The notes: generated by a model from the sequence alone, not told the origin. A stretch of 64,000 bases of DNA from Alphaproteobacteria bacterium (GCA_965220745.1 CBDCQT010000005.1:256001-320000), one strand, 5' to 3'; positions 18,950-29,978 are shown, counted from the stretch's first letter. A program made the numbers and translations.

Positions 18950-19401
18950 GCGCGTCGCGCTCCCCGATGGACCTTGCCATGGCGGAGGCCGAGGCGGCGC
19001 GCGACCGGGGCGAGGTGCCGGTGGGCGCGGTCGTGGTCGACGGGCGCACCGGCACGGTGCTGGCGCGGGCCGGAAACGAGGTCGAGGCGGCGCACGACCC
19101 GACGGCGCACGCTGAGATGCTGGCCATCCGTGCCGCAGCGGCTGTGCGGGGCGCGGCGCGCCTCGTCGATTGCGACATCTACGTCACGCTGGAGCCCTGC
19201 GCGATGTGCGCGCAGGCGATCGCATTCGCTCGCCTGCGCCGGCTCTACTTCGGTGCCGCCGACCCCAAGGGCGGCGGGGTGGAGCACGGCGCCCGCATCT
19301 TCCAACAGCCCACCTGCCACCATCGGCCCGAGGTCATCGGCGGCGTGCAGGAGACCCGCGCCGCTGCCCTGCTTCGCGAATTCTTCGAAGCGCGCCGATA
19401 G
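18946..19401 (+). CDS. tadA: tRNA adenosine(34) deaminase
   Basis: GEVPVGAV, DPTAHAE, YVTLEPCAMC and FGAADPKGG; GTG start overlaps the vapC stop (alternative ATG at 18967). Confidence 0.9.
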   Translation: MSASRSPMDLAMAEAEAARDRGEVPVGAVVVDGRTGTVLARAGNEVEAAHDPTAHAEMLAIRAAAAVRGAARLVDCDIYVTLEPCAMCAQAIAFARLRRLYFGAADPKGGGVEHGARIFQQPTCHHRPEVIGGVQETRAAALLREFFEARR

Positions 19402-19482
19402 AGCGCGACCGTTTACCACCGACGTTGCCGGGCGGGTGCCCAAACTCTATAAGGGCCAGCCTTACAGCACGGGGGAGAACCC

Positions 19483-19905
19483 ATGGCGACCCAGCGCACC
19501 CTTTCGATCATCAAGCCCGATGCCACCCGCCGCAACCTGACGGGTGCCATCAACAAGCGCTTCGAGGAGGCCGGGCTTTCCATCGTCGCCCAGCGCCGGG
19601 TCAGGCTGACGGAGGAGCAGGCGCGCGCCTTCTATGCGGTCCACGAGGAGCGGTCCTTCTACAACGATCTCTGCGCCTACATGACTTCGGGCCCCGTGGT
19701 GGTTCAGGTGCTGCAAGGCGAGAACGCGGTCGAGGCCAACCGGACGATCATGGGGGCGACCAATCCCGCCAACGCCGACGACGGCACCATCCGTAAGGAG
19801 TTCGGCGAGTCGGTGGAGGCCAACTCCGTGCACGGCTCGGATTCGCCAGAAAACGCGGCCATCGAGATTGCATTCTTCTTCGCGGAGACCGATATCGTCG
19901 GCTGA
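19483..19905 (+). CDS. ndk: Nucleoside-diphosphate kinase
   Basis: [15 protein letters not shown] and NSVHGSDS motifs. Confidence 0.97.
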   Translation: MATQRTLSIIKPDATRRNLTGAINKRFEEAGLSIVAQRRVRLTEEQARAFYAVHEERSFYNDLCAYMTSGPVVVQVLQGENAVEANRTIMGATNPANADDGTIRKEFGESVEANSVHGSDSPENAAIEIAFFFAETDIVG

Positions 19906-19984
19906 GGCGACGGCATCTGTGCGCGCGGGCCTCCGTGGTATAGTGCGGGCCGGCACACGCGGCGTGCGCAGGGTGTGATGAGCG

Positions 19985-20311
19985 ATGTCGGATCAACGAA
20001 CGAGCGGTCGGCCCGGCGACGATTCTTCGGTCATCACGAAGTCGCGCAGCGAGACCAAGAAGCCCTCGATGTACAAGGTCTTGCTGCTGAATGACGACTA
20101 TACGCCGATGGAGTTCGTGGTCATCGTGCTGATGCGGTTCTTCGGGATGGACGAGCAGCGCGCGACGACGATCATGCTCCACGTGCACAGGCGGGGCGTG
20201 GGCGTCTGCGGCGTCTACTCCTACGAGGTCGCCGAGACCAAGGTGAAGCAAGTCTGCGAATTCGCGCGGCGCAACGAGCATCCGCTACAGTGCACGATGG
20301 AAAAGGAGTAG
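19985..20311 (+). CDS. clpS: ATP-dependent Clp protease adaptor
   Basis: [17 protein letters not shown] and HPLQCTME; an extended -10-like TGGTATAGT lies at about 19936-19944. Confidence 0.97.
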   Translation: MSDQRTSGRPGDDSSVITKSRSETKKPSMYKVLLLNDDYTPMEFVVIVLMRFFGMDEQRATTIMLHVHRRGVGVCGVYSYEVAETKVKQVCEFARRNEHPLQCTMEKE

Positions 20312-20318
20312 CGGACGC

Positions 20319-22661
20319 ATGCTCTCGCGCGATCTCGAAAAGAGCCTACACCGGGCGCTCGCGCTTGCGGTCGAGCGGCGGCACGAGTTCGCGACCCTGG
20401 AGCACCTGCTCTACGCGCTGCTGGAGGACCCCGACGCCATCGCGGTGCTGAAGGCCTGCGGCGTCGATCTGGAGCGGCTCGAACGCGAGCTCGAAACCTT
20501 CATCGACGAGGAGCTGGAGAGCCTCTCCACCGATGAGGCGGTCGAGGCCAAGCCCACGACCGGATTCCAGCGGGTGGTGCAGCGCGCGGTGCTCCACGTG
20601 CAGTCTTCGGGCCGCTCCGAGGTCACCGGCGCCAACATTCTGGTGGCGATCTTCTCCGAGCGCGAGTCCCACGCGGTCTACTTCCTGCAAGAGCAGGACA
20701 TGTCGCGCTACGACGCGGTCAACTACATCTCGCACCGGATCGCGAAGGTGCCCGGACAGTCGGCGCAGGGCGGCAGCGTCTCCGGCACCGACGAGGACGC
20801 CAGCGAGGAGAACATCGTCAAGGAGGGGCCCGCGGCGCTCGACGCCTATTGCGTCAATCTGAACGCCAAGGCCAATGCCGGGCGGATTGACCCGCTCATC
20901 GGCCGCAACGCGGAGATCGAGCGCACCATCCAGGTGCTTTGCCGCCGCACCAAAAACAACCCGCTCTATGTCGGCGATGCGGGCGTGGGCAAGACGGCGC
21001 TCGCCGAAGGGCTGGCGCGGCGGATCGAGAACGGCGAGGTGCCGCAGGTGCTCGACGGCGCCACGATCTTCGCGCTGGACATGGGCGCGCTGCTCGCCGG
21101 CACGCGCTACCGCGGCGACTTCGAGGAGCGGATCAAGGCGGTGCTCGCCGAGATCGAGGCGCACGAGAGCGCGATCCTCTTCATCGACGAGATCCACACG
21201 GTGATCGGCGCGGGCGCCACCAGCGGCGGCGCGATGGATGCCTCGAACCTGCTGAAGCCCGCGCTGCAGAGCGGCACGCTGCGCTGCATCGGCTCGACCA
21301 CCTACAAGGAATACCGCAACTACTTCGAGAAGGACCGCGCGCTGGTGCGGCGCTTCCAGAAGATCGACGTGAACGAGCCGAGCGTCGACGAGGCGGTGAA
21401 GATCCTGCGCGGGCTCAAGCCCTACTACGAGGCGCACCACGGCGTGCGCTACACGGCGGAGGCGATCCGCACCGCCGTCGAGCTTGCGAGCCGCTACATC
21501 AACGACCGCAGGCTCCCCGACAAGGCGATCGACGTGATCGACGAGGTCGGCGCCTCGCAACGCCTGCTGCCGGAATCGAAGCGGCGGAAGACGGTCGGCG
21601 TGAAGGACGTCGAGGGCGTGGTGGCGAAGATCGCCCGGATCCCGCCGAAGAACGTGAGCCGGGGCGACAAGACCATCCTGGAGAGCCTGGAGCGCGACCT
21701 GAAGACCGTCGTCTTCGGCCAGGACGAGGCCATCGCCGCGGTGGCGACCGCGATCAAGATGTCGCGGGCCGGTCTGCGCGAGCCCGGCAAGCCGGTCGGC
21801 TGCTACCTCTTCAGCGGGCCGACGGGTGTCGGCAAGACCGAGGTCGCGCGCCAGCTCGCCCACGTGATGGGCGTTGAGCTCGTCCGCTTCGACATGAGCG
21901 AGTACATGGAGCGGCACTCGGTCTCCCGGCTTATCGGCGCGCCGCCCGGCTACGTCGGCTTCGATCAGGGCGGCCTGCTCACCGACGCGGCCGACCAGAA
22001 TCCGCACATGGTGCTGCTGCTGGACGAGATCGAGAAGGCGCATCCCGATCTCTTCAACATCCTCCTGCAGATCATGGACTACGGGAAGCTCACCGATCAC
22101 AACGGCAAGACGGTCGATTTCAGCAACGTCATCCTCATCATGACCACCAACGCCGGCGCTACCGAGCTCGCCAAGCCGCCGATCGGCTTCGCCCGGACGG
22201 AGCGCGAAGGCGACGACGAGGAAGCGATCAAGCGGATGTTCGCGCCGGAGTTCCGCAACCGCCTCGATGCCGTGATCCGCTTCGCCGCGCTCACGCCCGA
22301 GGTGATCGTGCGCGTGGTGGACAAGTTCATCATCCAGCTGGAGGAGCAGCTCGCCGACCGCAACGTCGGGATCGAGCTGAGCCCGGCAGCGCGGACCTGG
22401 CTCGCGGAGAACGGCTACGATCCCACCTACGGCGCCCGGCCGCTCGCGCGGCTGATCCAGGAGGAGATCAAGAAGCCGCTCGCCGACGAGCTCCTGTTCG
22501 GCAAGCTGGCGAAGGGCGGGCGCGTGCAGGTCGGCCTCAAGGACGGCAAGCTCACCTTCAGCTTCCCGGCATCCGACGCGCCCGGCCGCAAGGGCGGCGG
22601 CGGTTCCGGCAAGCGCGGCGGCTCAGGCAAGCGCCCCCGCGTGCCCGAATACGCGTCCTGA
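20319..22661 (+). CDS. clpA: ATP-dependent Clp protease ATP-binding subunit ClpA
   Basis: Two AAA modules (GDAGVGKT, GPTGVGKT), RFDMSEYME, IGF loop; follows clpS. Confidence 0.97.
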   Translation: MLSRDLEKSLHRALALAVERRHEFATLEHLLYALLEDPDAIAVLKACGVDLERLERELETFIDEELESLSTDEAVEAKPTTGFQRVVQRAVLHVQSSGRSEVTGANILVAIFSERESHAVYFLQEQDMSRYDAVNYISHRIAKVPGQSAQGGSVSGTDEDASEENIVKEGPAALDAYCVNLNAKANAGRIDPLIGRNAEIERTIQVLCRRTKNNPLYVGDAGVGKTALAEGLARRIENGEVPQVLDGATIFALDMGALLAGTRYRGDFEERIKAVLAEIEAHESAILFIDEIHTVIGAGATSGGAMDASNLLKPALQSGTLRCIGSTTYKEYRNYFEKDRALVRRFQKIDVNEPSVDEAVKILRGLKPYYEAHHGVRYTAEAIRTAVELASRYINDRRLPDKAIDVIDEVGASQRLLPESKRRKTVGVKDVEGVVAKIARIPPKNVSRGDKTILESLERDLKTVVFGQDEAIAAVATAIKMSRAGLREPGKPVGCYLFSGPTGVGKTEVARQLAHVMGVELVRFDMSEYMERHSVSRLIGAPPGYVGFDQGGLLTDAADQNPHMVLLLDEIEKAHPDLFNILLQIMDYGKLTDHNGKTVDFSNVILIMTTNAGATELAKPPIGFARTEREGDDEEAIKRMFAPEFRNRLDAVIRFAALTPEVIVRVVDKFIIQLEEQLADRNVGIELSPAARTWLAENGYDPTYGARPLARLIQEEIKKPLADELLFGKLAKGGRVQVGLKDGKLTFSFPASDAPGRKGGGGSGKRGGSGKRPRVPEYAS

Positions 22662-22679
22662 CCGACTGCACTCGGCGCG

Positions 22680-23804
22680 GTGCCCATCCCCTTCCTCACC
22701 GGGTTGAGGGTCCTCGACCTCAGCCAGTACATCCCTGGGCCGTACGGGAGCCTGATCCTCGCCGACTTGGGCGCGGAGGTGATCAAGGTCGAGCCGCCCG
22801 GCGGGGAGCCGATGCGGGGCGTCGGGCCCAAGGACGAGGCCGGCGTCTCGGTCTGGTACCGGATGGTGAACGGTGGCAAGACCGTGGTCGAGATCGACCT
22901 CAAGTCGGACGACGGCAAGCGCGACTTCCGCGCCCTGGTGGAGCAGTCGGACGCCTTCCTCGAATCCTACCGGCCGGGCGTGCTCGACCGCCTGGGCTTC
23001 GGCCACGAGGCGCTGCACGAGATGAACCCCGGCATCGTCTCCTGCTCGCTCTCGGGCTGGGGGCTTGAGGGGCCCTATCGGCTGCGGGGTGGGCACGACA
23101 TCAACTACATGGGGCTGATGGGCGGGCTTGAGCGCTCAGGCGTGCCCGAGCGGCCGATCGTCGCCTTCCCGCCGACCGCCGACTTTGCGAGCGGGATGCA
23201 GGCCGCGCTCAGCATCATGGGCGGGCTGCTCGGCCGCAGCCGGAACGCGGAAGGACGCGGTGCGACCATCGACGTCAGCATTGCCGAGACCGTGCTGCCC
23301 TGGCAGGTGTGGGCGCTGAACGGGCTCTTCCACACGGAGTGGGACGCGGCGCGGGGCGCGCAATTCCCGAACGGTGGCGCTGCCTTCTACAACGTCTACG
23401 AGACCCTCGACGGCCGCTTCATCACGCTCGGCGCGCTGGAGGACAAGTTCTGGGCCAACTTCTGCACCGCCTGCGACCGGCCCGAGTGGATCAGGCGCCA
23501 GTGGGAACCCCGGCCGCAGGAATCGCTGATCGGAGAGGTCGCCGCCTTCGTCCGGGCACACACGCTCGATGAGATGAACGGGCTGATGGAGGGCGTCGAC
23601 TGCTGCTACGAGCCGGTGCACCGCCTGGAGGACGTGCCGGAGCACCCGCAGATCAAGGCGCGGCAGATGCTGCGCCGGCACGATGACCCGACGCCGGCCT
23701 ACGAGATTCTGTTCCCCGGCTGGATCGACGGCCAGCCCCCGCCGCCGCGCCCACCGGTGGAGTACCTGAGCGCGCCGGACGTGCTCGCCCGCTGGCAGGC
23801 CTGA
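22680..23804 (+). CDS. Class III CoA-transferase (CaiB/BaiF; alpha-methylacyl-CoA racemase-like)
   Basis: [43 protein letters not shown] and catalytic Asp in ADFASG. Confidence 0.88.
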   Translation: MPIPFLTGLRVLDLSQYIPGPYGSLILADLGAEVIKVEPPGGEPMRGVGPKDEAGVSVWYRMVNGGKTVVEIDLKSDDGKRDFRALVEQSDAFLESYRPGVLDRLGFGHEALHEMNPGIVSCSLSGWGLEGPYRLRGGHDINYMGLMGGLERSGVPERPIVAFPPTADFASGMQAALSIMGGLLGRSRNAEGRGATIDVSIAETVLPWQVWALNGLFHTEWDAARGAQFPNGGAAFYNVYETLDGRFITLGALEDKFWANFCTACDRPEWIRRQWEPRPQESLIGEVAAFVRAHTLDEMNGLMEGVDCCYEPVHRLEDVPEHPQIKARQMLRRHDDPTPAYEILFPGWIDGQPPPPRPPVEYLSAPDVLARWQA

Positions 23805-23821
23805 ACGCGGGCGGTGCGGCC

Positions 23822-24109
23822 ATGAGCATCGACAAGGACACCGTGGTGCGGATTGCGCGGCTCTCGCGCATCGCGATGGAGGACGACGCGCTGGAGCCCA
23901 TGGCGCAGGAGCTGAACGGCATCCTCGCCTGGGTCGAGCAGCTAGGCGAAGTGAATACCGAGGGCGTCGAGCCGATGACCGGCGCCATCGCCGCCACGCT
24001 GCCGCAGCGAGACGACGACGCGGAGACGGGGACCGCCACCGACGACCTGCTGGCCAACGCGCCGGAGGCCGACGACGGCTTCTTCGTGGTGCCCAAGGTG
24101 GTCGAGTGA
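23822..24109 (+). CDS. gatC: Asp/Glu-tRNA amidotransferase subunit C
   Basis: VRIARLSRI and LANAP...FFVVPKVVE motifs. Confidence 0.95.
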   Translation: MSIDKDTVVRIARLSRIAMEDDALEPMAQELNGILAWVEQLGEVNTEGVEPMTGAIAATLPQRDDDAETGTATDDLLANAPEADDGFFVVPKVVE

Positions 24110-25593
24110 GCGCGCTGACCCGGCTCACCATCGCCGCGGCCCGCGCCGGGCTGGCTGCGCGCGACTTCTCGGCGCGCGAGCTGACGGACGCGCATATCGC
24201 GGCCGTCGAGGGCGCGCGCGACCTCAACGCCTTCGTCGCCGAGACCTTCGACGCCGCGCGGGCCGATGCGGACGACGCCGATGCGCGCCTCGCGGCGGGC
24301 GAGGGGCGGCTGCTCGAAGGCATTCCGCTCGCGGTCAAGGACCTCTTCTGCACCCGCGGGGTGCGCAGCCAGGCCTGCTCCAACATTCTCGACGGCTTCG
24401 CGCCGCCCTACGAATCCACCGTCACCGCCAATCTCTGGGACGCGGGCGCGCTCATGCTGGGCAAGACCAACATGGACGAGTTCGCCATGGGCTCGGCCAA
24501 CGTCACCAGCGCCGACGGCCCGGTGATCAATCCCTGGCGCCGGCGGGGCGAGGACAAGCCGCTGGTGCCGGGCGGAAGCTCCGGCGGCTCGGCGGCGGCG
24601 GTGGCCGCAGGTCTCTGCCTCGGCGCCACCGGGACCGATACCGGCGGCTCGATCCGCCAGCCGGGGGCCTTCTGCGGCATCGTCGGCATGAAGCCCACGT
24701 ACGGCCGCTGCTCCCGCTGGGGCATGATCGCCTTCGCCTCCTCGCTCGACCAGGCCGGGCCGCTCACGCGGACGGTCGAGGACGCGGCGCTCATGCTGCA
24801 GGCGATGGCCGGCCACGACCCCAAGGATTCGACCTCCATCGACCGCCCGGTGCCCGACTACGCGGCGAGCCTCACTGGCGACGTGCGCGACCTCACCATC
24901 GGCGTGCCGGCGGAATACCGGATGGATGGGATGCCGGCGGAGATTGAGGCGCTCTGGGCCGAGGGCGTGCGCTGGTTCCGCGAGGCGGGCGCGACGGTGG
25001 TCGACATCTCGCTGCCGCTCACCAAGTACGCGCTGCCCACCTATTACATCGTGGCGCCGGCGGAGGCCTCCTCCAACCTCGCGCGCTACGACGGAGTACG
25101 CTACGGGCTCCGGGTCGAGGGCGACGACCCGACCGAGATGTATGCCAAGACGCGGGCTGCGGGCTTCGGGCGCGAGGTCAGGCGGCGCATCCTGATCGGC
25201 ACCTACGTGCTCTCCGCCGGCTACTACGACGCCTACTACCTGAAGGCGCAGAAGGTGCGCACCCTGATCGCGCGCGATTTCGAGAGCGCGTTCGAGAGCG
25301 TGGACGCGGTGCTGACGCCCACCGCCCCCTTCGCCGCCTTCGCCATCGGCGAGAAGATGGACGACCCCATCGCCATGTACCTGAACGACGTGTTCACGGT
25401 GCCGGCGAGCCTCGCGGGGCTGCCCGCGATCTCTGTGCCAGCCGGGCTCACGGGCGACGGGCTGCCGCTCGGCCTCCACCTGATCGCGCGGCCCTTCGAC
25501 GAGCCGACGCTGTTCCGGGCGGCCGGCGTGCTGGAGAGCGCGGCCGGCTTCACCCACCGCCCCGACCGGAGCGGGGCCGGAGGCGCCGCGTGA
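24106..25593 (+). CDS. gatA: Asp/Glu-tRNA amidotransferase subunit A
   Basis: Amidase signature [11 protein letters not shown] and [11 protein letters not shown]; SSNLARYDG. Confidence 0.97.
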   Translation: MSALTRLTIAAARAGLAARDFSARELTDAHIAAVEGARDLNAFVAETFDAARADADDADARLAAGEGRLLEGIPLAVKDLFCTRGVRSQACSNILDGFAPPYESTVTANLWDAGALMLGKTNMDEFAMGSANVTSADGPVINPWRRRGEDKPLVPGGSSGGSAAAVAAGLCLGATGTDTGGSIRQPGAFCGIVGMKPTYGRCSRWGMIAFASSLDQAGPLTRTVEDAALMLQAMAGHDPKDSTSIDRPVPDYAASLTGDVRDLTIGVPAEYRMDGMPAEIEALWAEGVRWFREAGATVVDISLPLTKYALPTYYIVAPAEASSNLARYDGVRYGLRVEGDDPTEMYAKTRAAGFGREVRRRILIGTYVLSAGYYDAYYLKAQKVRTLIARDFESAFESVDAVLTPTAPFAAFAIGEKMDDPIAMYLNDVFTVPASLAGLPAISVPAGLTGDGLPLGLHLIARPFDEPTLFRAAGVLESAAGFTHRPDRSGAGGAA

Positions 25594-27053
25594 ACGCGGG
25601 CGGCTACCGGATCAGGGGCCGCGACGGCGAGTGGGAGATCGCGGTCGGGCTGGAGGTCCACGCCCAGGTGATCTCGGAGACCAAGCTCTTCTCGTCTGCG
25701 CCCACCGCCTTCGGCGCCGAGCCCAACACGCAGGTCTCCCTCGTCGATGCCGCCATGCCCGGCATGCTGCCGGTGATCAACAGCCATTGCGTGGCGCAGG
25801 CGGTGCGCACCGGGCTCGCGCTGGAGGCCGAGATCAACCTGACCTCGGTGTTCGACCGCAAGAACTACTTCTATCCCGATCTGCCGCCCGGCTATCAGAT
25901 TTCGCAGTATTCGCGGCCCATCGTGGGCGAAGGGCGGGTCGTGCTCGACCTGGAGGACGGCTCGCAGCGGACAATCGGCATCACCCGGCTGCACCTGGAG
26001 ATGGATGCCGGCAAGAGTATCCACGACCGCCGGGCGGACGCCACCTGCGTGGACCTCAACCGCGCCGGCGTCGCGCTGATGGAGATCGTCTCCGAGCCCG
26101 ACATCAGGAGCCCGGAGGAGGCCGGCCTCTACCTGCGCAAGCTGCGCTCCATCCTGCGCTACATCGGTACCTGCGACGGCAACATGGAGCAGGGCTCGCT
26201 GCGCGCCGACGTCAACGTCTCCGTGCGCCGGCCGGGGGATGAGCTGGGGACGCGCTGCGAGGTCAAAAACCTAAACTCGGTCCGCTTCGTCATGAAGGCG
26301 ATCGAGGTGGAGGCGGAGCGCCAGGTCGCGGTGCGGGAAGATGGCGGCACCATCGAGCTCGAGACCCGCCTCTTCGATGCTGAGCGGGGCGAGACCCGCT
26401 CCATGCGCTCCAAGGAGGAGGCCCACGACTACCGCTACTTCCCCGACCCCGACCTGCTGCCGCTCACCCTCGACCCCGCCTGGGTGGAGGCCGAGCGCGC
26501 CCGGCTGCCCGAGCTGCCGGACGCCAGGAAGGCGCGCTTCATGGCCGACTACGGCCTCTCCGCCTACGACGCCGGCGTGCTGGTGGCGGAGCGCGAGATC
26601 GCTGAGTATTTCGAGGCGGTCGCGGCGGGGCGCGACGGCAAGCAGGCGGCCAACTGGGTCACGGGCACGCTCTTCGGCGCGCTCAACCGGGCCGGCATCG
26701 GGATCGAGCAGAGCCCGGTCTCGGCGGCGGCCCTCGGCGCGTTGATTGACCGGGTGGTGGACGGCACGGTCTCCAACCGCGCGGCCAAGGACGTGTTCGA
26801 GGCCATGGTCTCGACAGGGAAGGACCCCGACACCATCATCGAAGAGCAGGGGCTCAGGCAGGTCAGCGACGAGGGCGCGATCGCGGCGCTCGTGGACCAG
26901 GCGATCGCCGAGAACCCCGACAAGGTGGCTGACTATCGCGCCGGCAAGACGAAGCTGATGGGCTGGTTCGTCGGTCAGGTGATGAAGGCGTCTGGCGGCA
27001 AGGCCAACCCGGGGGCGGTGAACGAGACGCTGCGGGCCAAGCTCGACGGCTGA
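25590..27053 (+). CDS. gatB: Asp/Glu-tRNA amidotransferase subunit B
   Basis: [19 protein letters not shown] and [10 protein letters not shown] motifs. Confidence 0.97.
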   Translation: MNAGGYRIRGRDGEWEIAVGLEVHAQVISETKLFSSAPTAFGAEPNTQVSLVDAAMPGMLPVINSHCVAQAVRTGLALEAEINLTSVFDRKNYFYPDLPPGYQISQYSRPIVGEGRVVLDLEDGSQRTIGITRLHLEMDAGKSIHDRRADATCVDLNRAGVALMEIVSEPDIRSPEEAGLYLRKLRSILRYIGTCDGNMEQGSLRADVNVSVRRPGDELGTRCEVKNLNSVRFVMKAIEVEAERQVAVREDGGTIELETRLFDAERGETRSMRSKEEAHDYRYFPDPDLLPLTLDPAWVEAERARLPELPDARKARFMADYGLSAYDAGVLVAEREIAEYFEAVAAGRDGKQAANWVTGTLFGALNRAGIGIEQSPVSAAALGALIDRVVDGTVSNRAAKDVFEAMVSTGKDPDTIIEEQGLRQVSDEGAIAALVDQAIAENPDKVADYRAGKTKLMGWFVGQVMKASGGKANPGAVNETLRAKLDG

Positions 27054-27153
27054 ACGCCGGGCGCGGGCCAAAGGCGTGGCCCCGGTAATGCTGTAGACTC
27101 CGGTGCGGCCTCCGCGCGAGGGCCGGCCCCGCTGCCGGGGCAGGAGCTGACCG

Positions 27154-28068
27154 ATGTTTCTGCCGCTCAGGGACGACAACCCGGTCAACCGGATCGGCTT
27201 CCAGTTCGTGACGGTGGGGCTGATCGCCGCCTGCACCATCATCTGGGTCGTCCAGTGGCTGGGCGGGGATCAGTTCGATGCCGAGCTGATCTTCCGCCTC
27301 GGCATGATCCCGGTGACGGTGCTCGGCGAGCTTCGGCGCGAGCCCGACATGGTAACTGTGACCCCCTGGCTCACCATCGTCACGTCCATGTTCCTGCACG
27401 GGGGCTTCATGCACCTGTTCGGCAACATGCTCTATCTCTGGATTTTCGGGGACAATGTGGAAGACGCGATGGGCCACTGGCGCTTCGCGATCTTCTATCT
27501 GCTCTGCGGCGCGGTAGCGGCCCTCACGCACGCCGCCGTGGAGCCCGCTTCGCAGGTTCCCACCATCGGGGCGAGCGGCGCGGTCTCGGGCGTGCTCGGC
27601 GCCTACTTCATGCTTCACCCGAAGCGAGGGGTCTGGATTCTGGTCTTCTTCATGCCGATCCGCTTCCCCGCCTGGGGCGTGCTTGGGCTCTGGATCGGCT
27701 ATCAGGTGTTCAACGCGCTGGTCGCGGGGCCGGCCGGAGGCGGCGTCGCCTGGTACGCCCATATCGGCGGCTTCGCGGCCGGCGCGCTGCTGGTGGTGCC
27801 GCTGCGCAAGCGCGGCGTGCCGCTCTTCGACCGCGGTTACGTGCGGCACCGGAGACGGACGCCGTACACGCCGCCGCCTGAGGCCGAGACCCCCGGCGCG
27901 GGGCCGTGGGAGGAGCCGCCCACGGATCCCACCGTCAATCCAGAAGCCGACGGCGACGCACCGTGGCAGGAGCCGCCCCGAAGCCGGCCCAACGGCGGCG
28001 GCGGGCCGGACCACCGCAGCGGCCCCTGGGGGCGGCGGCCTCGGGGACCCTGGTCGCGGAGGGACTAG
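27154..28068 (+). CDS. Rhomboid family intramembrane serine protease with a Pro-rich C-terminal tail
   Basis: SMFLHGGFMHLFGNM; catalytic GASGA and AHIGG. Confidence 0.92.
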   Translation: MFLPLRDDNPVNRIGFQFVTVGLIAACTIIWVVQWLGGDQFDAELIFRLGMIPVTVLGELRREPDMVTVTPWLTIVTSMFLHGGFMHLFGNMLYLWIFGDNVEDAMGHWRFAIFYLLCGAVAALTHAAVEPASQVPTIGASGAVSGVLGAYFMLHPKRGVWILVFFMPIRFPAWGVLGLWIGYQVFNALVAGPAGGGVAWYAHIGGFAAGALLVVPLRKRGVPLFDRGYVRHRRRTPYTPPPEAETPGAGPWEEPPTDPTVNPEADGDAPWQEPPRSRPNGGGGPDHRSGPWGRRPRGPWSRRD

Positions 28069-28071
28069 GCC

Positions 28072-28272
28072 ATGGGCGCGGGAAAGAAGAGCGACTACTT
28101 CGCCGACCGCATCCGTGCCGAGCTCGCCTTCGCGCGCTCGCGCGGCGCGCGCGATGCGGAGGCGCTGGCGGAGCACCTCAACGCCCGCGGCTTCCTCACC
28201 CGCGACGGACGGCGCTGGACCGCCGCCGATGTCGAGGCCGCGACCCGCCGCCCGCCTAAGCCGCAGAGTTAA
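28072..28272 (+). CDS. Small protein with a recombinase-like helix-turn-helix domain
   Basis: ALAEHLNARGFLTRDGRRWTAADV resembles the IA..LN..G..T..G..W motif of serine-recombinase DNA-binding domains; starts 3 bp after the rhomboid gene stop. Confidence 0.6.
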   Translation: MGAGKKSDYFADRIRAELAFARSRGARDAEALAEHLNARGFLTRDGRRWTAADVEAATRRPPKPQS

Positions 28273-28277
28273 CCCGA

Positions 28278-29978
28278 CTATTCCGCTGCCGCGGCGTGGC
28301 CGTAGCGCTCGGCGGCGGCGGACGGTGAGACGAAGCCTTCGCGCACGTCTTCGTCCACCATTTCTTGCGGCCGCTCCGCCACCGGGCCGTAGCCCCCGCC
28401 GCCGCCCGAGAGCAGGCGGACCCGATCGCCCCGGTGCACCGAGACGTTGCCGAACTTGCTGGGCGAGACCTTGCCGTGGCCCTCGCAGACGTCCTTCCAG
28501 TCGTTCTCGTTCGCCTTCTTGATGAGCAGCGCGGCCGATCCCCCGGAACCGCCGCCGAGCAGGCCCCACGGGGCCTTCCGGTGGCGGTCACCCATGTAGC
28601 TGAGGATGATTTCGTCGGCCGTGCATTCCAGCGTCTTGGTCGAGCCGAGGCCGCCCCGGTACTTGCCGGCGCCGCCCGAATCCTCGGTGAGCGAGAGGTT
28701 CTCGACGAGCCAGGGGTAGCGGCTCTCGTAGACCTCGACCGGGACAGTGCGGCAGTTGCCGTTGATGCAGTTGCAGGTGTCGTTGCCGTCAGCGAAGGGG
28801 CGCCCGCCCCAGCCCGCGACCATGAAGTCGTAACAGACGTAGAACTCGTCGTTCTCTGGGTCGTGGCCGCCGAAGAGGAAGTTGCCGTGGGTGCCGGCGT
28901 CGGTGGCGAAGGCACGCTCCGGCAGGCAGCGGGACATCGCCCCGATCACCGTGAAGCAGATGCGGACATGGGTCTCCGTGTTGCCGCCCACCTCCGGCGC
29001 CGGGTAGTCGACGTTGACCACGGTCGCCGGCCGCGCCAGCACGCGGATCGGCCGGTAACAGCCCGCGTTGCGCGGGATCGAGGGGTCGGTCAGGTGCAGC
29101 ATGGCGTTGTAGGTGGCGGAGCAGGTGACGCCGAGGGTCGCGTTGATCGCGCCCTTCGCCTGGGCGTCGCTGCGGCGCCAATCGGCGATGATCTCGTCGC
29201 CCTGCACCACCATGTCGACGGCAATCTTGTAGGGCCGGGCGTCGATCCCGTCGTCCTCCATGTAGTCCTCGAAGGAGTACTGGCCGTCGGGGATCGCCGC
29301 GATCTCGGCCCGCATCCGGGCTTCGGAGTAGTCCATGAGGTCGGCGACGGTCTGCTGGAAGAGCGGCACGCCGTACTTCCGGATCAGCGCGGCCATGCGC
29401 TCGGCGCCCAGCTCGCAGGCGCTGATCATGGCCCGATAGTCGCCGTAGTTGTAGCGAGGGGTGCGGACGTTCGCGAGCAGGAGCTTCCAGACCTCGTCCA
29501 CATCCTTGCCCTGCTTCTTGATCTTGACCGGAGGGACGCGCAAGCCCTCGTGGAAGATCTCCGTGGCTTCGCTGGCGAAGCCGCCCGGCACCATGCCGCC
29601 GACCTCGGCGACATGTCCGATCGCCGCCGCATAGCCCATGAATTTGCCGTCGACGAAAATGGGCGTGAAGAAGGTGTGCTCCGGCGTGTGCAGCCCGCCC
29701 CGGTATGGGTCATTGTGCAGGATGACGTCGCCCTCGTGCACCGGCTCGTTCGCCATCTCGCGGATGCAGGTTTTGATCAGGAGAGACATGCCGCCGATCT
29801 GCGCCGGGCAGTAATCGGCGACAGCGATCATGTCGCCGTTGGCGTCGGCAATGGCGCAGCTGAAGTCGAGCGATTCGTTGAAGATCGTCGAATATGACGT
29901 CTTCATCATGGTGATCCCCATCTCCCGGCAGATGGAGAGCATCGTCGCTTCGACGATGTTCATCGTGACGACGTCCAT
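28278..29978 (-). CDS. Hydantoinase B / 5-oxoprolinase family protein
   Basis: SYSTIFNESLDFSCAI, NDPYRGGLHTPE, EIFHEGL, DSGGAGKYRGGLG and GGGGGYG motifs; GAGGAGG RBS. Confidence 0.93.
   Translation of the reverse strand: MDVVTMNIVEATMLSICREMGITMMKTSYSTIFNESLDFSCAIADANGDMIAVADYCPAQIGGMSLLIKTCIREMANEPVHEGDVILHNDPYRGGLHTPEHTFFTPIFVDGKFMGYAAAIGHVAEVGGMVPGGFASEATEIFHEGLRVPPVKIKKQGKDVDEVWKLLLANVRTPRYNYGDYRAMISACELGAERMAALIRKYGVPLFQQTVADLMDYSEARMRAEIAAIPDGQYSFEDYMEDDGIDARPYKIAVDMVVQGDEIIADWRRSDAQAKGAINATLGVTCSATYNAMLHLTDPSIPRNAGCYRPIRVLARPATVVNVDYPAPEVGGNTETHVRICFTVIGAMSRCLPERAFATDAGTHGNFLFGGHDPENDEFYVCYDFMVAGWGGRPFADGNDTCNCINGNCRTVPVEVYESRYPWLVENLSLTEDSGGAGKYRGGLGSTKTLECTADEIILSYMGDRHRKAPWGLLGGGSGGSAALLIKKANENDWKDVCEGHGKVSPSKFGNVSVHRGDRVRLLSGGGGGYGPVAERPQEMVDEDVREGFVSPSAAAERYGHAAAAE

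Noticed and set aside
18946-19401. The deaminase as a defence-type nucleotide deaminase belonging to the TA cassette
   Set aside because: Its motifs (EVPVGA, DPTAHAE, PCAMC, DPKGG, FF..RR end) and host-like GC content fit housekeeping TadA, so it is treated as a core gene.
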